Positions 28,898 through 37,963 of a stretch of DNA of 64,000 bases are shown here, one piece after another. The stretch is from contig JAFWQP010000044.1 in NCBI GenBank assembly GCA_017509045.1, positions 1,499 to 65,498 of the forward strand, read 5' to 3'. The first letter of the stretch is position 1, and every line of letters begins with the position of its first letter. The position numbers were made by a program, and so were the translations under genes. Below the pieces are notes generated by a model. That model was not told the origin of the DNA. It did no database searches and saw only the letters and a program-made list of their open reading frames with translations. The stretch is from Bacteroidales bacterium (lineage in GTDB: Bacteria > Bacteroidota > Bacteroidia > Bacteroidales > P3).

Positions 28898-31800
28898 ATG
28901 AAAAAAACATTATTTTTTCTATTCTTAATCAGCCTCTTTGCTCCGTGGGCAACTTGGGGACAGTCGACAGAGCATACTCTAGCCCTTTACGCTGACGAAA
29001 CGGTAATAAATCAAAAAGTGCCGATACCAACCACGGACTGCCCTACTTACTGGACTAAGACAGAGTTTGTTTACCCTGCTGAGGATCTTCAGGAAATGCA
29101 GTATAGAAATATCACCCAAATTACGTTCTATGCTGCACCAGTCAATTTAAATTTATATAATAGTTCGAGTTTTGCCATTTATATGGTAGAGGTTCCTAAT
29201 GCCACTTTCTCTGAATTTGATACGTTACCTTATGGCCGTTCAGTATCTGTTTATGGTAATACTTCTTTTATTACTGAGGATGGGGTTGGTAGGCTGACTT
29301 TTACTTTTGGTGATGGTTATGAGTATCAAGGTGGTAACCTCCTTATTGGTTGTTACAACACTTCGAATGGATATTACGGCCCCCAGTGGTACTACTATGG
29401 GAAGGAAGCTCCTGGAGCTTCCATTAGCGATAGGTTGCATAAAGCCTACAGCAGCACTTATTACTATGCCACTTTTGATAATCCCGTCCAGCAAAACTTC
29501 CTACCTAGAATAACTTTCACCTATACAGGTTCTCCTCACGCTTGTCCCATACCGACCAACCTGTCTGTCGAATACAATGTGGATGATGCAACCTCTACTG
29601 CTACCGCCACTGCCACTTGGAGCGGCTCTGCCAGTTCGTACAACATTGAAGTGAATGGCACTGTCACCAACAACGTCTCCAGCCCATACACCTTCAACGT
29701 GACAGCAGAGACCCACTACACTGTGAGAGTACGTGCCGCCTGTGACAACGCTAATTCTTATTGGACACAGCCCGTGAGGTTCATCCCTTCCTCCCATACT
29801 CAAATCGGTTGGGGCACAGCCACCGACCTCAATAAGAGCCTACCCTTAAATAATACTCACAACTATTCTCTTACAGAACAAATTTATACCGCAAGGGAAC
29901 TAGACAGTACCGCAGCCACTTTCTATACCATCGACTTCTATAAAGTCGGTACGGGCGCATGCGAACGTAACATTGATATCTACATGGTCAATTCTTCTTT
30001 TAATAACTATGGAAATAGTAATAGTCACGTGAGAGCGAATCAGGCAGATCTTGTCTACAGTGGCACGGTTTCATTTGCCAACGATGCTTGGACCAGTATC
30101 GAACTAGAAACACCTTTCGAATATGACGGAATCCATGATCTAGCTATCCTTGTTGACGACAACACAGGGAGTGCTGGGGCTAATGATGAGAAATTCCTTA
30201 CTTACATTAGTGGCTTCCCTGGTCAGTCCAGTGCCACCCCTAAACGGGGTGTCTATCATTATTCAGATGACTTTAACTATAATCCAGATGTGCAGAATAT
30301 AAGTACTTGGGGCTATTCTGATACGAGTTTTACTTGGGTTAACAAAAACCAAATCCGCCTCCTTAAAGGTCCTGCACCCGCTTGTTTCAAACCTGTCAAT
30401 ATCACCATCAATGCGGATAATGTGACCGCAACCACGGCTACCCTTAGTTGGGAAGACCTGAACGGAGCTACAACATGGAAGGTGAAATATGCCACCAGCA
30501 TCGAATCATTACAGAATGCAGTTGAACAGACAGTAACAGGCAACCCAACCTACACGCTTGAGAATCTTACACCAGGATATACCCAATACTATGTCAGTGT
30601 ACAATCGGTCTGCAACCATGGCGACCCCACGGATCCCGATAACCAACCTGTTATGAGCGAGTGGTCTCGTCCCATCAGTTTCCACACCCCCCTCTGTGCT
30701 GATGAAGACAAATGCTTAATATCATGCGATCTATACGATAATGGGGGGCAAGGATGGGATGAGGCTGCCATTAATATCTATGATGATGCTTCGGGTATCT
30801 TCCTCTATTCATGGACTTGTGGAGCTACCGGCGGAGATGGAGGGGAAGATAAATCAGTAGCTTATCTATCAGGAACCGACAACCTCCGGGTCTGTCTCGA
30901 CCGTTCAATCCGGTTTGAGTGGGATAATTCGTACCATGTTAATGTAGAGGAATTCCCGTATGTTATCTATGACTTGAATAACTCAGTATTATTTTCTGGC
31001 ACAGGCGACGATATTCACAATATCACTCGTTCTACCGACTGTGTTGGAAGCACCTGTGGCAGTCCCACAAACTTCCGTGTCACATCGAGTGGTGATGGCG
31101 CAACGGTACAGTGGGGCGGCTCTAGCGATGTCACCTACAACCTCTATCTCAATGGTACGCTGTATGCCGAGAATGTCACCAGCCCCTACTCCCTTGAAAA
31201 TCTTGATTTGGCTACTACCTATCAGGTACAGTTGGAAGCAACGTGTGGCAGCGAGCCGAGCAAATGGTCCCGTGTGGTTAGATTTACCACCGATATCTGC
31301 CGATTAGAAGACCGATGCACAATCACATATGAGCTTAATGACGAAACTGGTGAGGGCATGAATTGGGTAGCCATCTGGGTTTATGATGATGCCACCAACA
31401 CACTCTTGGCCAGATGGGGTGGAAATGATTGGGAGTATGAGTATGACGAAGATCGCGATGGTTTCTTTTCTATGAGTGGCACACTCTCGGTGTGCACTGG
31501 TACTACTCTTCGGTTTGAATGGAATGATCAACCATGCTACACTTGTGGGTGGTCGTTCATTATTAAAGACAGAAATCAAGAGGAAACCGTTATCGACCTG
31601 AACGACCTATTTAGTAATAATGCGACTTATTATGTCGATTGCTATGAAACCTCCTGTCATAAACCCTCCAACTATGTTGTCGACTATGAAGGGGGTACAA
31701 CCGCCACGGCAACATGGACTATGGTCGATGGGATCTCCTATAACCTCAGGGTAAACGGCACTGTCATCAACAACGTCACAAGCCCATATTACCTTAACGA

Positions 31801-33484
31801 CCTTGATTATGCCACTCTGTATGAGGTGGCTTTGCAAGCTGATTGTGGCAACGAGGTAAGCCAGTGGTCTCGCAAGAGTTTTGCTACCGTCTGTTGCCCG
31901 CAAGATGAAATGTGCCAGATAAGCTATGAGCTTGGACATGTGAACAATTCGACTTCTTGGTATGGAACAAAAATACAGGTTGTGGACGACCTCACAGGTA
32001 TTGTTCTTGATAGCTGGACTATGGAAGGTGCATCTGGGTCATCAGTAGAAGGTACGCTCAGCGTATGCAATGGTCGCCCTATCCGTTTTGAATGGGTACA
32101 TGGATATGCTTATGACGGCAATCATACATATACTATTATGGGGTCGAATGGCGAGATAATACAATCTGGACAGGGTGCCTTTAGTGAGTCTTTCTCCTAC
32201 ACGCCCAACTGTATCAATGGCGTTATTGAGCCGTACGGATGGTATGCCATCTCGGCCTATACGCACGACGAGAACCAGACACAGAACTACTCCCTCAGCC
32301 TCAGCAACGTCAATGGCCTTATCCCCACAGAGACAGGCGTGGCATACGACCTCTTCCGCTACAACGAGGCAACTGCCACATGGGAGAACCAAAAGACCGA
32401 CAACAACGGCACTGGCTTCACTTCTCTCGAGGCTGGTCGAGGCTATATCTACCGCCGCTCAGAGGGAGTCACCCTCACCTTCAACGGCACCACCAATGAG
32501 GGCGGTTTCACTAGCAGCTATTCCATAACAAAAAGCAGCGCGTGTCCCGATGACAGTCTGAAGGGCTTCAACCTGATTGGCAACCCCTATAATCACCAGA
32601 TTTATAAAGGCGTTGACTTCGACAATGGCAATTTAGCCTATCTCGCAGACGGTTTCTATTCCTTGAACCTTGACGGCACATGGCTTGCCCGTCTGAACTC
32701 TGACCCCATCAACATTGGTGAAGGCATACTCGTCAAGGTGAAAAGCCTAATCAATACGACCCCGATAACCTTAACGTTTTCCGACAGCGAAGCGAAGAGT
32801 TCTGGTGGCGGAGTGCCCCAGCCCAAAGGCTCTGCCGACAAGGGTCTGCAGTTCACCGTCAGTGGCGGTGACCATACCGATGTGGCATACGCCATCCTCG
32901 ATGCTCAATCAGATGATTCCGAAGGTCTGCCCAAGATTGCTCACCTCACTGCCGAGGCTCCCATCCTCAGCATCCGTCAGGGCGGCACCGACTACGCCAT
33001 CGCTCATATCGACGGCACCACACAGGCCTTCCCGCTGAAGTTCCGCGCCTCCACTAACGGGGAGTATACAATTACTGCGTCAGCCGTCCCCGTCCCCTCT
33101 TTAGAGGGGTCCGCCGATAGGCGGGGGGTATGTTCCTCCATATCCTATCTCCACCTTGTCGACCACGCCACCGGCCGCGACATCGACCTGCTGCGTCAGC
33201 CCACATACACATTCAAACATGCAGGCAGTCAGGCATCGGCAAACCGCTTCACGGTCAGGCTCAGCCCCGACGGCGAGAGTGCTAGCGACATCTTCGCCTA
33301 CCAGAATGGCGACAAGATAGTGGTGGAGGGCACCGGCACGCTGCAAGTATACGACGTGTTGGGTCGCCAGTTGTTAACGCACGAGATAAACTCTCAATTC
33401 TCAATTCCCAATTCTCAATTCCCGAGCACGGGCGTGTATATCCTCCGTCTCAACGGAAAGTCACAGAAGTTAGTAATCAAATAA
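28898..33484 (+). CDS. Modular cell-surface protein with a T9SS C-terminal sorting domain
   Basis: Signal peptide. Four Fn3-like units start at Cys codons 29543, 30383, 31055 and 31655 (C.P.N...W.G...Y.L..NG....VTSPY.L..L...T.Y.V.....CG..S.WS). The last three are each followed by a C.I.Y.L.D..G.GW..I.V.DD module. The C-terminus ...LQVYDVLGRQLL...GVYILRLNGKSQKLVIK fits a Por/T9SS CTD. Confidence 0.8.
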   Translation: MKKTLFFLFLISLFAPWATWGQSTEHTLALYADETVINQKVPIPTTDCPTYWTKTEFVYPAEDLQEMQYRNITQITFYAAPVNLNLYNSSSFAIYMVEVPNATFSEFDTLPYGRSVSVYGNTSFITEDGVGRLTFTFGDGYEYQGGNLLIGCYNTSNGYYGPQWYYYGKEAPGASISDRLHKAYSSTYYYATFDNPVQQNFLPRITFTYTGSPHACPIPTNLSVEYNVDDATSTATATATWSGSASSYNIEVNGTVTNNVSSPYTFNVTAETHYTVRVRAACDNANSYWTQPVRFIPSSHTQIGWGTATDLNKSLPLNNTHNYSLTEQIYTARELDSTAATFYTIDFYKVGTGACERNIDIYMVNSSFNNYGNSNSHVRANQADLVYSGTVSFANDAWTSIELETPFEYDGIHDLAILVDDNTGSAGANDEKFLTYISGFPGQSSATPKRGVYHYSDDFNYNPDVQNISTWGYSDTSFTWVNKNQIRLLKGPAPACFKPVNITINADNVTATTATLSWEDLNGATTWKVKYATSIESLQNAVEQTVTGNPTYTLENLTPGYTQYYVSVQSVCNHGDPTDPDNQPVMSEWSRPISFHTPLCADEDKCLISCDLYDNGGQGWDEAAINIYDDASGIFLYSWTCGATGGDGGEDKSVAYLSGTDNLRVCLDRSIRFEWDNSYHVNVEEFPYVIYDLNNSVLFSGTGDDIHNITRSTDCVGSTCGSPTNFRVTSSGDGATVQWGGSSDVTYNLYLNGTLYAENVTSPYSLENLDLATTYQVQLEATCGSEPSKWSRVVRFTTDICRLEDRCTITYELNDETGEGMNWVAIWVYDDATNTLLARWGGNDWEYEYDEDRDGFFSMSGTLSVCTGTTLRFEWNDQPCYTCGWSFIIKDRNQEETVIDLNDLFSNNATYYVDCYETSCHKPSNYVVDYEGGTTATATWTMVDGISYNLRVNGTVINNVTSPYYLNDLDYATLYEVALQADCGNEVSQWSRKSFATVCCPQDEMCQISYELGHVNNSTSWYGTKIQVVDDLTGIVLDSWTMEGASGSSVEGTLSVCNGRPIRFEWVHGYAYDGNHTYTIMGSNGEIIQSGQGAFSESFSYTPNCINGVIEPYGWYAISAYTHDENQTQNYSLSLSNVNGLIPTETGVAYDLFRYNEATATWENQKTDNNGTGFTSLEAGRGYIYRRSEGVTLTFNGTTNEGGFTSSYSITKSSACPDDSLKGFNLIGNPYNHQIYKGVDFDNGNLAYLADGFYSLNLDGTWLARLNSDPINIGEGILVKVKSLINTTPITLTFSDSEAKSSGGGVPQPKGSADKGLQFTVSGGDHTDVAYAILDAQSDDSEGLPKIAHLTAEAPILSIRQGGTDYAIAHIDGTTQAFPLKFRASTNGEYTITASAVPVPSLEGSADRRGVCSSISYLHLVDHATGRDIDLLRQPTYTFKHAGSQASANRFTVRLSPDGESASDIFAYQNGDKIVVEGTGTLQVYDVLGRQLLTHEINSQFSIPNSQFPSTGVYILRLNGKSQKLVIK
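33079..33139 (+). repeat. Intragenic copy of the composite-repeat hairpin core
   Basis: gtcagccgtccccgtcccctctttagaggggtccgccgataggcggggggtatgttcctcc, in frame as SAVPVPSLEGSADRRGVCSS. Confidence 0.8.
33389..33423 (-). repeat. Intragenic AATTCTC heptamer tract (5 copies) inside the T9SS CTD
   Basis: aactctc aattctc aattccc aattctc aattccc, in frame as NSQFSIPNSQFP. Confidence 0.85.
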
Positions 33485-33497
33485 GGAGAAAAAAACT

Positions 33498-34394
33498 ATG
33501 AAAACAAGATATTCAATACTTATCATCTGCCTGCTGGCACTCTTTGCCACAGGCTGCAAGAAGGACAACAACCGCATCTACATCTTTGCCAAGAATATGA
33601 CAAGCGACAGCAAGATTAACATCAACCCTTCGACATGCGCCTCCACATGGATTGCGGGAGAATCTATCCTCCTCTATATCTTCGATGGCGAAGATGAAAG
33701 CTCTGATGCATACACTATTGAGGGCAACGACCAGAATGGTTTCTATATTAATGTTAACTCGCCAGGAGAGGTGAGGTCTGCCTTTTATCCCGCCGGCGGT
33801 TCCTCTGGTAACGACATCGTTGTTTCCGATGCCGGAATCCTTCTTAAGCGTCTTACCGTCAATTTCCATTCTGGCAATAGCACGCACGATGTTGTTTTCC
33901 CCATGGTGTCATTCCCAAGTGGAGTTGGAAACCGCTTGTATTTCGACCATGTTACCGCAGGTTTGAAACTAACTTTAATTTTGACTCCCAACAGCGACCC
34001 TGTGGAGGTGGCATCTGTCAAGATTGTAGCGCGGAACAATGCTCCAGTGACAGATGTGTCTTCTTCTGTCTGTAGTTGGGCAGTACAGGGGCCTACAGTG
34101 CCCACTGGCGACATCGGCATTGTTGGAGACCAAGAGGTGTCGTACTCTAGCGAGATGAACTTCGACTTCACTACAGATGGTGCCCCAGGTGCCACAGTTA
34201 CTTCCAACGGTCTCATATTCTGCATACCCATCACCATAGAATACTTGAACGACCTGACCGTCACAGGCTATTCTGCTAATGGTGAAGAACTGTTCCACAA
34301 GACCAAGCACCTCGACAGTCAGCTACAGCTTGAGTGTAACACGATGTACACCATTCCTGAAATATCGATTAACAACTCTCCAAACAACGACTAA
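33498..34394 (+). CDS. Lipoprotein of unknown function
   Basis: Lipobox LFATGC, 298 aa, 13 nt after the T9SS protein gene. Confidence 0.55.
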   Translation: MKTRYSILIICLLALFATGCKKDNNRIYIFAKNMTSDSKININPSTCASTWIAGESILLYIFDGEDESSDAYTIEGNDQNGFYINVNSPGEVRSAFYPAGGSSGNDIVVSDAGILLKRLTVNFHSGNSTHDVVFPMVSFPSGVGNRLYFDHVTAGLKLTLILTPNSDPVEVASVKIVARNNAPVTDVSSSVCSWAVQGPTVPTGDIGIVGDQEVSYSSEMNFDFTTDGAPGATVTSNGLIFCIPITIEYLNDLTVTGYSANGEELFHKTKHLDSQLQLECNTMYTIPEISINNSPNND

Positions 34395-34397
34395 GCC

Positions 34398-34586
34398 ATG
34401 AAAACAAAGAAACAATATACAACCCCCATCGTCAAGGTGGTTGCCTTCAAAGTAGAAGAAGTATTCCAGTCGCCCCTCCGTCTCGGACCAAATCCGGATG
34501 TGTCAGGTTACAACGACAAGGGCATGCAGACCTGGAATACGGGGGACAACGATAATAATAACAATAGTTTATTTGAGCGTTGGTAG
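34398..34586 (+). CDS. Small 62-aa protein or peptide of unknown function
   Basis: Starts 3 nt after the preceding stop. Basic N-terminus MKTKKQYTTPIVKVVAFKVEE and an N/D-rich tail. No signal peptide. Confidence 0.35.
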   Translation: MKTKKQYTTPIVKVVAFKVEEVFQSPLRLGPNPDVSGYNDKGMQTWNTGDNDNNNNSLFERW

Positions 34587-34620
34587 CCGTAATGCGTTAT
34601 GCCCAATTAAATTGAAAATT

Positions 34621-34737
34621 GAAAGGTGAAAATTGAAAGGTTAGAGGTTAGGGGTTAGAGTTGAGAGAATCAGTCACACCCAGATAACCTCTATCCCTTA
34701 ACCTCTAACCCATACCATAATTCAATTTTCACCTTTC
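34621..34737. repeat. 117-bp imperfect palindrome (long hairpin)
   Basis: gaaaggtgaaaattgaa (34621-34637) pairs perfectly with ttcaattttcacctttc (34721-34737). The inner pair ggttagaggttagggg / cccttaacctctaacc matches 15 of 16. Confidence 0.8.
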
Positions 34738-34763
34738 ATCTTTCTCTATTCTCAACACCCCTC

Positions 34764-34829
34764 TTACCGATTCTTACCGCATTTTACCGTAACTTACGGT
34801 TTCTTACCGATTCTTACCGTTTGTTACCG
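34764..34829. repeat. TTACCG motif repeated 7 times with exact 10-bp phasing
   Basis: ttaccg (one copy ttacgg) begins at 34764, 34774, 34784, 34794, 34804, 34814 and 34824. Confidence 0.9.
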
Positions 34830-34913
34830 ATTCGGGGGTACTTCTTCGCTCTATGGGCGAAGAAGGAACGGCCAAGGAGCGGCAAGGGAGCAGTGGTACG
34901 AGGGAGGCAGGAG

Positions 34914-35372
34914 TTACTGTACTTGAGCCGAGCCGAGGGCCTGTAGTAGCTGGATGATAGCGGTGGCGGTGCCGATGTTGTTGGTGATAGTGGCGGCATT
35001 GACGTTGAGCCCCGTCAGGTTGTTCATGGTATTGATGATGTTGCCCACGTTGTTGGCGGTGATAAGACCTGCGCCAGAGGCGACCATGCCTGCGGCAAAA
35101 GCCTTCTTGTAGTTGGCATCGGCCTGGTTGGTGCGGAAATTGGTGTAGGCTGTTGCGAGGCTGAGGGCGGCAGTGAGGTCGGTGGGGTTGCCAAGGTTGA
35201 CGGTGCCGGTGCTACGGTACGAGTTGTAGAGCGTAATGATTGATGTACCAGCGGCGCGGCCGTTGGACTTGGCTGCGGATGTGGTGGAGCTGTTGGCACT
35301 ACCGAGAGACGAACCGCACGAAACCAGAGCCAACGAAACGAAACACATCACAATGATACTTAACTTCTTCAT
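34914..35372 (-). CDS. Small Ala/Thr/Asn-rich lipoprotein
   Basis: MKKLSIIVMCFVSLALVSCGSS lipobox from the ATG at 35372. The longer track ORF (start 35459) begins at a TTG upstream of the -7 box at 35411-35418. Confidence 0.55.
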   Translation of the reverse strand: MKKLSIIVMCFVSLALVSCGSSLGSANSSTTSAAKSNGRAAGTSIITLYNSYRSTGTVNLGNPTDLTAALSLATAYTNFRTNQADANYKKAFAAGMVASGAGLITANNVGNIINTMNNLTGLNVNAATITNNIGTATAIIQLLQALGSAQVQ

Positions 35373-35410
35373 AGTAGATTGATGTTTTAGAATTGTTATT
35401 TTTTGTGCTG

Positions 35411-35418
35411 CAAAGATA
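35411..35418 (-). promoter_or_regulatory. -7 promoter box (TATCTTTG on the minus strand) for the lipoprotein gene
   Basis: Plus-strand caaagata, 39 nt upstream of the ATG at 35372. Confidence 0.5.
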
Positions 35419-35448
35419 CATTTTTTTTTGCATTTCGGAAAAAAATCG

Positions 35449-35456
35449 TACATTTG
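35449..35456 (+). promoter_or_regulatory. -7 promoter box (TACATTTG) for pruA
   Basis: Exact TAnnTTTG, 53 nt upstream of the ATG at 35509. Divergent from the box at 35411. Confidence 0.5.
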
Positions 35457-35508
35457 CAAATTGTTTTTTGGAATTAATTATAAATAAATACTAAAGTATT
35501 ACATTCTT

Positions 35509-37143
35509 ATGAACAACACTCTTTTCTCATTCCCAAAGCCTGAGAACGAACCTGTTCTCGGCTACAAACCAGGCAGTCCCGAACGTAAGGAAATCCGCAA
35601 GGCTCTCGACGAGTTGTATAACATGGTGACCGACATCCCCGCCATCATTGGTGGCAAGGAAGTTCGCACCGCCGAGACGGGTACCATTGTGATGCCTACT
35701 GAGAACCACCATGTGCTTGCAAAGTACTACAAGGTGGGCGAAAAGGAGGTGCAGATGGCCATCGATGCCGCTATGAAGGCACACGAAGAGTGGGCTAACA
35801 CCCCTTGGCTGGATCGTGCCAGTGTGATGTTGAAGATCGCAACCTTGATTAGCGGCAAGTATCGTTGGCTCATCAATGCTGCCACGATGCTGGGACAGGG
35901 CAAGACCACTATGCAGGCGGAGATTGACTCGGCATGTGAGTTGGTGGACTTCCTGCGCTACAACGCTTACTATGCCTCTCAGATATACAGCGACCAGCCT
36001 TGCAGCGACAAGGGTACACTGAACTATGTAACATACCGTCCTATGGAGGGTTTTGTGTTCGCCATCACGCCGTTCAACTTCACTTCTATTGCCAGTAACC
36101 TGTGCCTGTCGCCTGTGCTAATGGGTAACGTGTGTATCTGGAAGCCCAGCACCACCGCTATGCTCTCCAACTTCCTGCTGATGAAGATTTACAAGGAGGC
36201 CGGTCTTCCCGACGGCGTGGTCAACTTCCTGCCCGGTAGCGGCTCGCTGATTGGCAAGGTGGCATTTGCCGACAAGAACCTCTGTGGTGTCCACTTCACC
36301 GGTTCTACCGGCACCTTCAACAGTTTCTGGAAGTCGATAGGCGACAATATTGCCAACTATCGCACCTATCCTAAGATTGTTGGCGAAACTGGTGGTAAGG
36401 ACTTTATCTTTGCCCATAAAAGTGCCAATGCCGACCAAGTGGCTACCGCCATCGTGCGTGGAGCGTTTGAGTTCCAAGGTCAGAAGTGCTCGGCAGCCAG
36501 CCGTGCGTATGTGCCTGCCAGCCTGTGGCCCGAGGTGAAGCGTATCGTGGGCGAAATGCTGAAAGAAATCAAAGTGGGCGACGTGCGTGACTTTAGTGCT
36601 TTCGTCAATGCCGTTATCGACGAGGCTTCGTTCGACAACTGCATGCGTTATATCGAACATGCCAAGCAAAGCCCCGATGCCGAAATCGTGTTTGGCGGTA
36701 CGGGCGACAAGAGCCAGGGATGGTTCATCCAACCCACTGTAATCCTTGCCAAAGACCCGAAATACAAATCGATGTGCGAGGAGATTTTTGGCCCCATCAT
36801 CACCATCTTTGTCTATGACGACGATAAATACGAGGAGACATTGCACCTCTGCGACGAGACTTCGCCCTATGCTTTGACTGGTGCCATCTTTGCCAGCTGC
36901 CGCAAGGCTTTACGTACGGGTGCAGAGATACTGAAGTATGCTGCTGGTAACATCTACTACAATGACAAGCCCACAGGCGCAGTGGTAGGTCAACAGCCCT
37001 TTGGCGGTGCTCGCGCCAGCGGTACCAACGACAAGGCAGGTTCGTATCTGAACCTTATCCGCTGGACAAGCCCACAGGCAATCAAAGAGACTTTCGACCC
37101 AGCACACGATTACAAATATCCCTTTATCAGCGACGCTGAATAA
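35509..37143 (+). CDS. pruA: L-glutamate gamma-semialdehyde (1-pyrroline-5-carboxylate) dehydrogenase
   Basis: 544-aa aldehyde dehydrogenase with IVGETGGKDF and catalytic-Cys motif FEFQGQKCSAASR. Length and ends fit the PruA/RocA type. Confidence 0.88.
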   Translation: MNNTLFSFPKPENEPVLGYKPGSPERKEIRKALDELYNMVTDIPAIIGGKEVRTAETGTIVMPTENHHVLAKYYKVGEKEVQMAIDAAMKAHEEWANTPWLDRASVMLKIATLISGKYRWLINAATMLGQGKTTMQAEIDSACELVDFLRYNAYYASQIYSDQPCSDKGTLNYVTYRPMEGFVFAITPFNFTSIASNLCLSPVLMGNVCIWKPSTTAMLSNFLLMKIYKEAGLPDGVVNFLPGSGSLIGKVAFADKNLCGVHFTGSTGTFNSFWKSIGDNIANYRTYPKIVGETGGKDFIFAHKSANADQVATAIVRGAFEFQGQKCSAASRAYVPASLWPEVKRIVGEMLKEIKVGDVRDFSAFVNAVIDEASFDNCMRYIEHAKQSPDAEIVFGGTGDKSQGWFIQPTVILAKDPKYKSMCEEIFGPIITIFVYDDDKYEETLHLCDETSPYALTGAIFASCRKALRTGAEILKYAAGNIYYNDKPTGAVVGQQPFGGARASGTNDKAGSYLNLIRWTSPQAIKETFDPAHDYKYPFISDAE

Positions 37144-37155
37144 ACTTTCAACCAT

Positions 37156-37190
37156 GGGGCGCGAAGAGTTGCTTTGCGCCCCATTTTATT
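37156..37190 (+). terminator. Rho-independent terminator after pruA
   Basis: ggggcgcgaaga gtt gctttgcgcccc (11 of 12 stem pairs) followed by attttatt. Confidence 0.7.
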
Positions 37191-37197
37191 ATAATGC

Positions 37198-37929
37198 ATG
37201 AATAAAAGACTCTTTCTATTACTTTTGCTTGTGGCTGCATTTGTGCCAATGTGGGCACAGGAGGTCGAAGCACCCATGCAGCTAGACGAGCCTACGGTCG
37301 AGCGGAATCGGCATTGGAGTGTGGGTGTGACGGGCGGTATTGACCGTAACTACCACATCATTAACATGTCGTATATGAACGAGTATAGCTACTCGCCCTT
37401 TGCCGAGGGAAGCAGTTATGGTGTGCAACTCAGCTTTTCGCCTTTGAAATGGCTCACGCTACGTGTAGATGGGGTGATGCTGGATAAAAACTACTACCGC
37501 GACCATGTGGTGGGAGGCACTACCATGTCGCTGCCCGACACAACTTACAACAAGTATTTGAATGTGCCGGTGGTGCTGATGCTCAATGTGGGCAAGACGG
37601 TGCGCCTGCATGCCTTTGGTGGTGGCTATTGGGGACGTTGGTTGGAGAGTAGGCGCAAAGGTATTACCCAAGGTATGAATGGGTTGGTTTCCTATGATGA
37701 GACCGTTGATTTCGACACGCCTGAATCCCAGGTGCGAGACAATCGCACCGATGTCGGACTGGTATGGGGAGGAGGTCTCAGCGGAGTGGTAAAAAAACGA
37801 ATAGAAATAGGTGTTGAGGCCAGATGGTATTATGGGCTGTATGATATTCAGCAGGACTATATGGCGCATCTCAACCCTCGGTATAACACAACTCTCGTCT
37901 TCCAAGGAGGCATTAGTTATTGGTTCTGA
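37198..37929 (+). CDS. Small outer-membrane beta-barrel (porin-family/OmpA-barrel-like) protein
   Basis: Signal peptide, 243 aa, alternating strands, terminal ...FQGGISYWF. Confidence 0.6.
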   Translation: MNKRLFLLLLLVAAFVPMWAQEVEAPMQLDEPTVERNRHWSVGVTGGIDRNYHIINMSYMNEYSYSPFAEGSSYGVQLSFSPLKWLTLRVDGVMLDKNYYRDHVVGGTTMSLPDTTYNKYLNVPVVLMLNVGKTVRLHAFGGGYWGRWLESRRKGITQGMNGLVSYDETVDFDTPESQVRDNRTDVGLVWGGGLSGVVKKRIEIGVEARWYYGLYDIQQDYMAHLNPRYNTTLVFQGGISYWF

Positions 37930-37963
37930 CCAATTAAATTATTTATATTAGAACGGGAATAGC

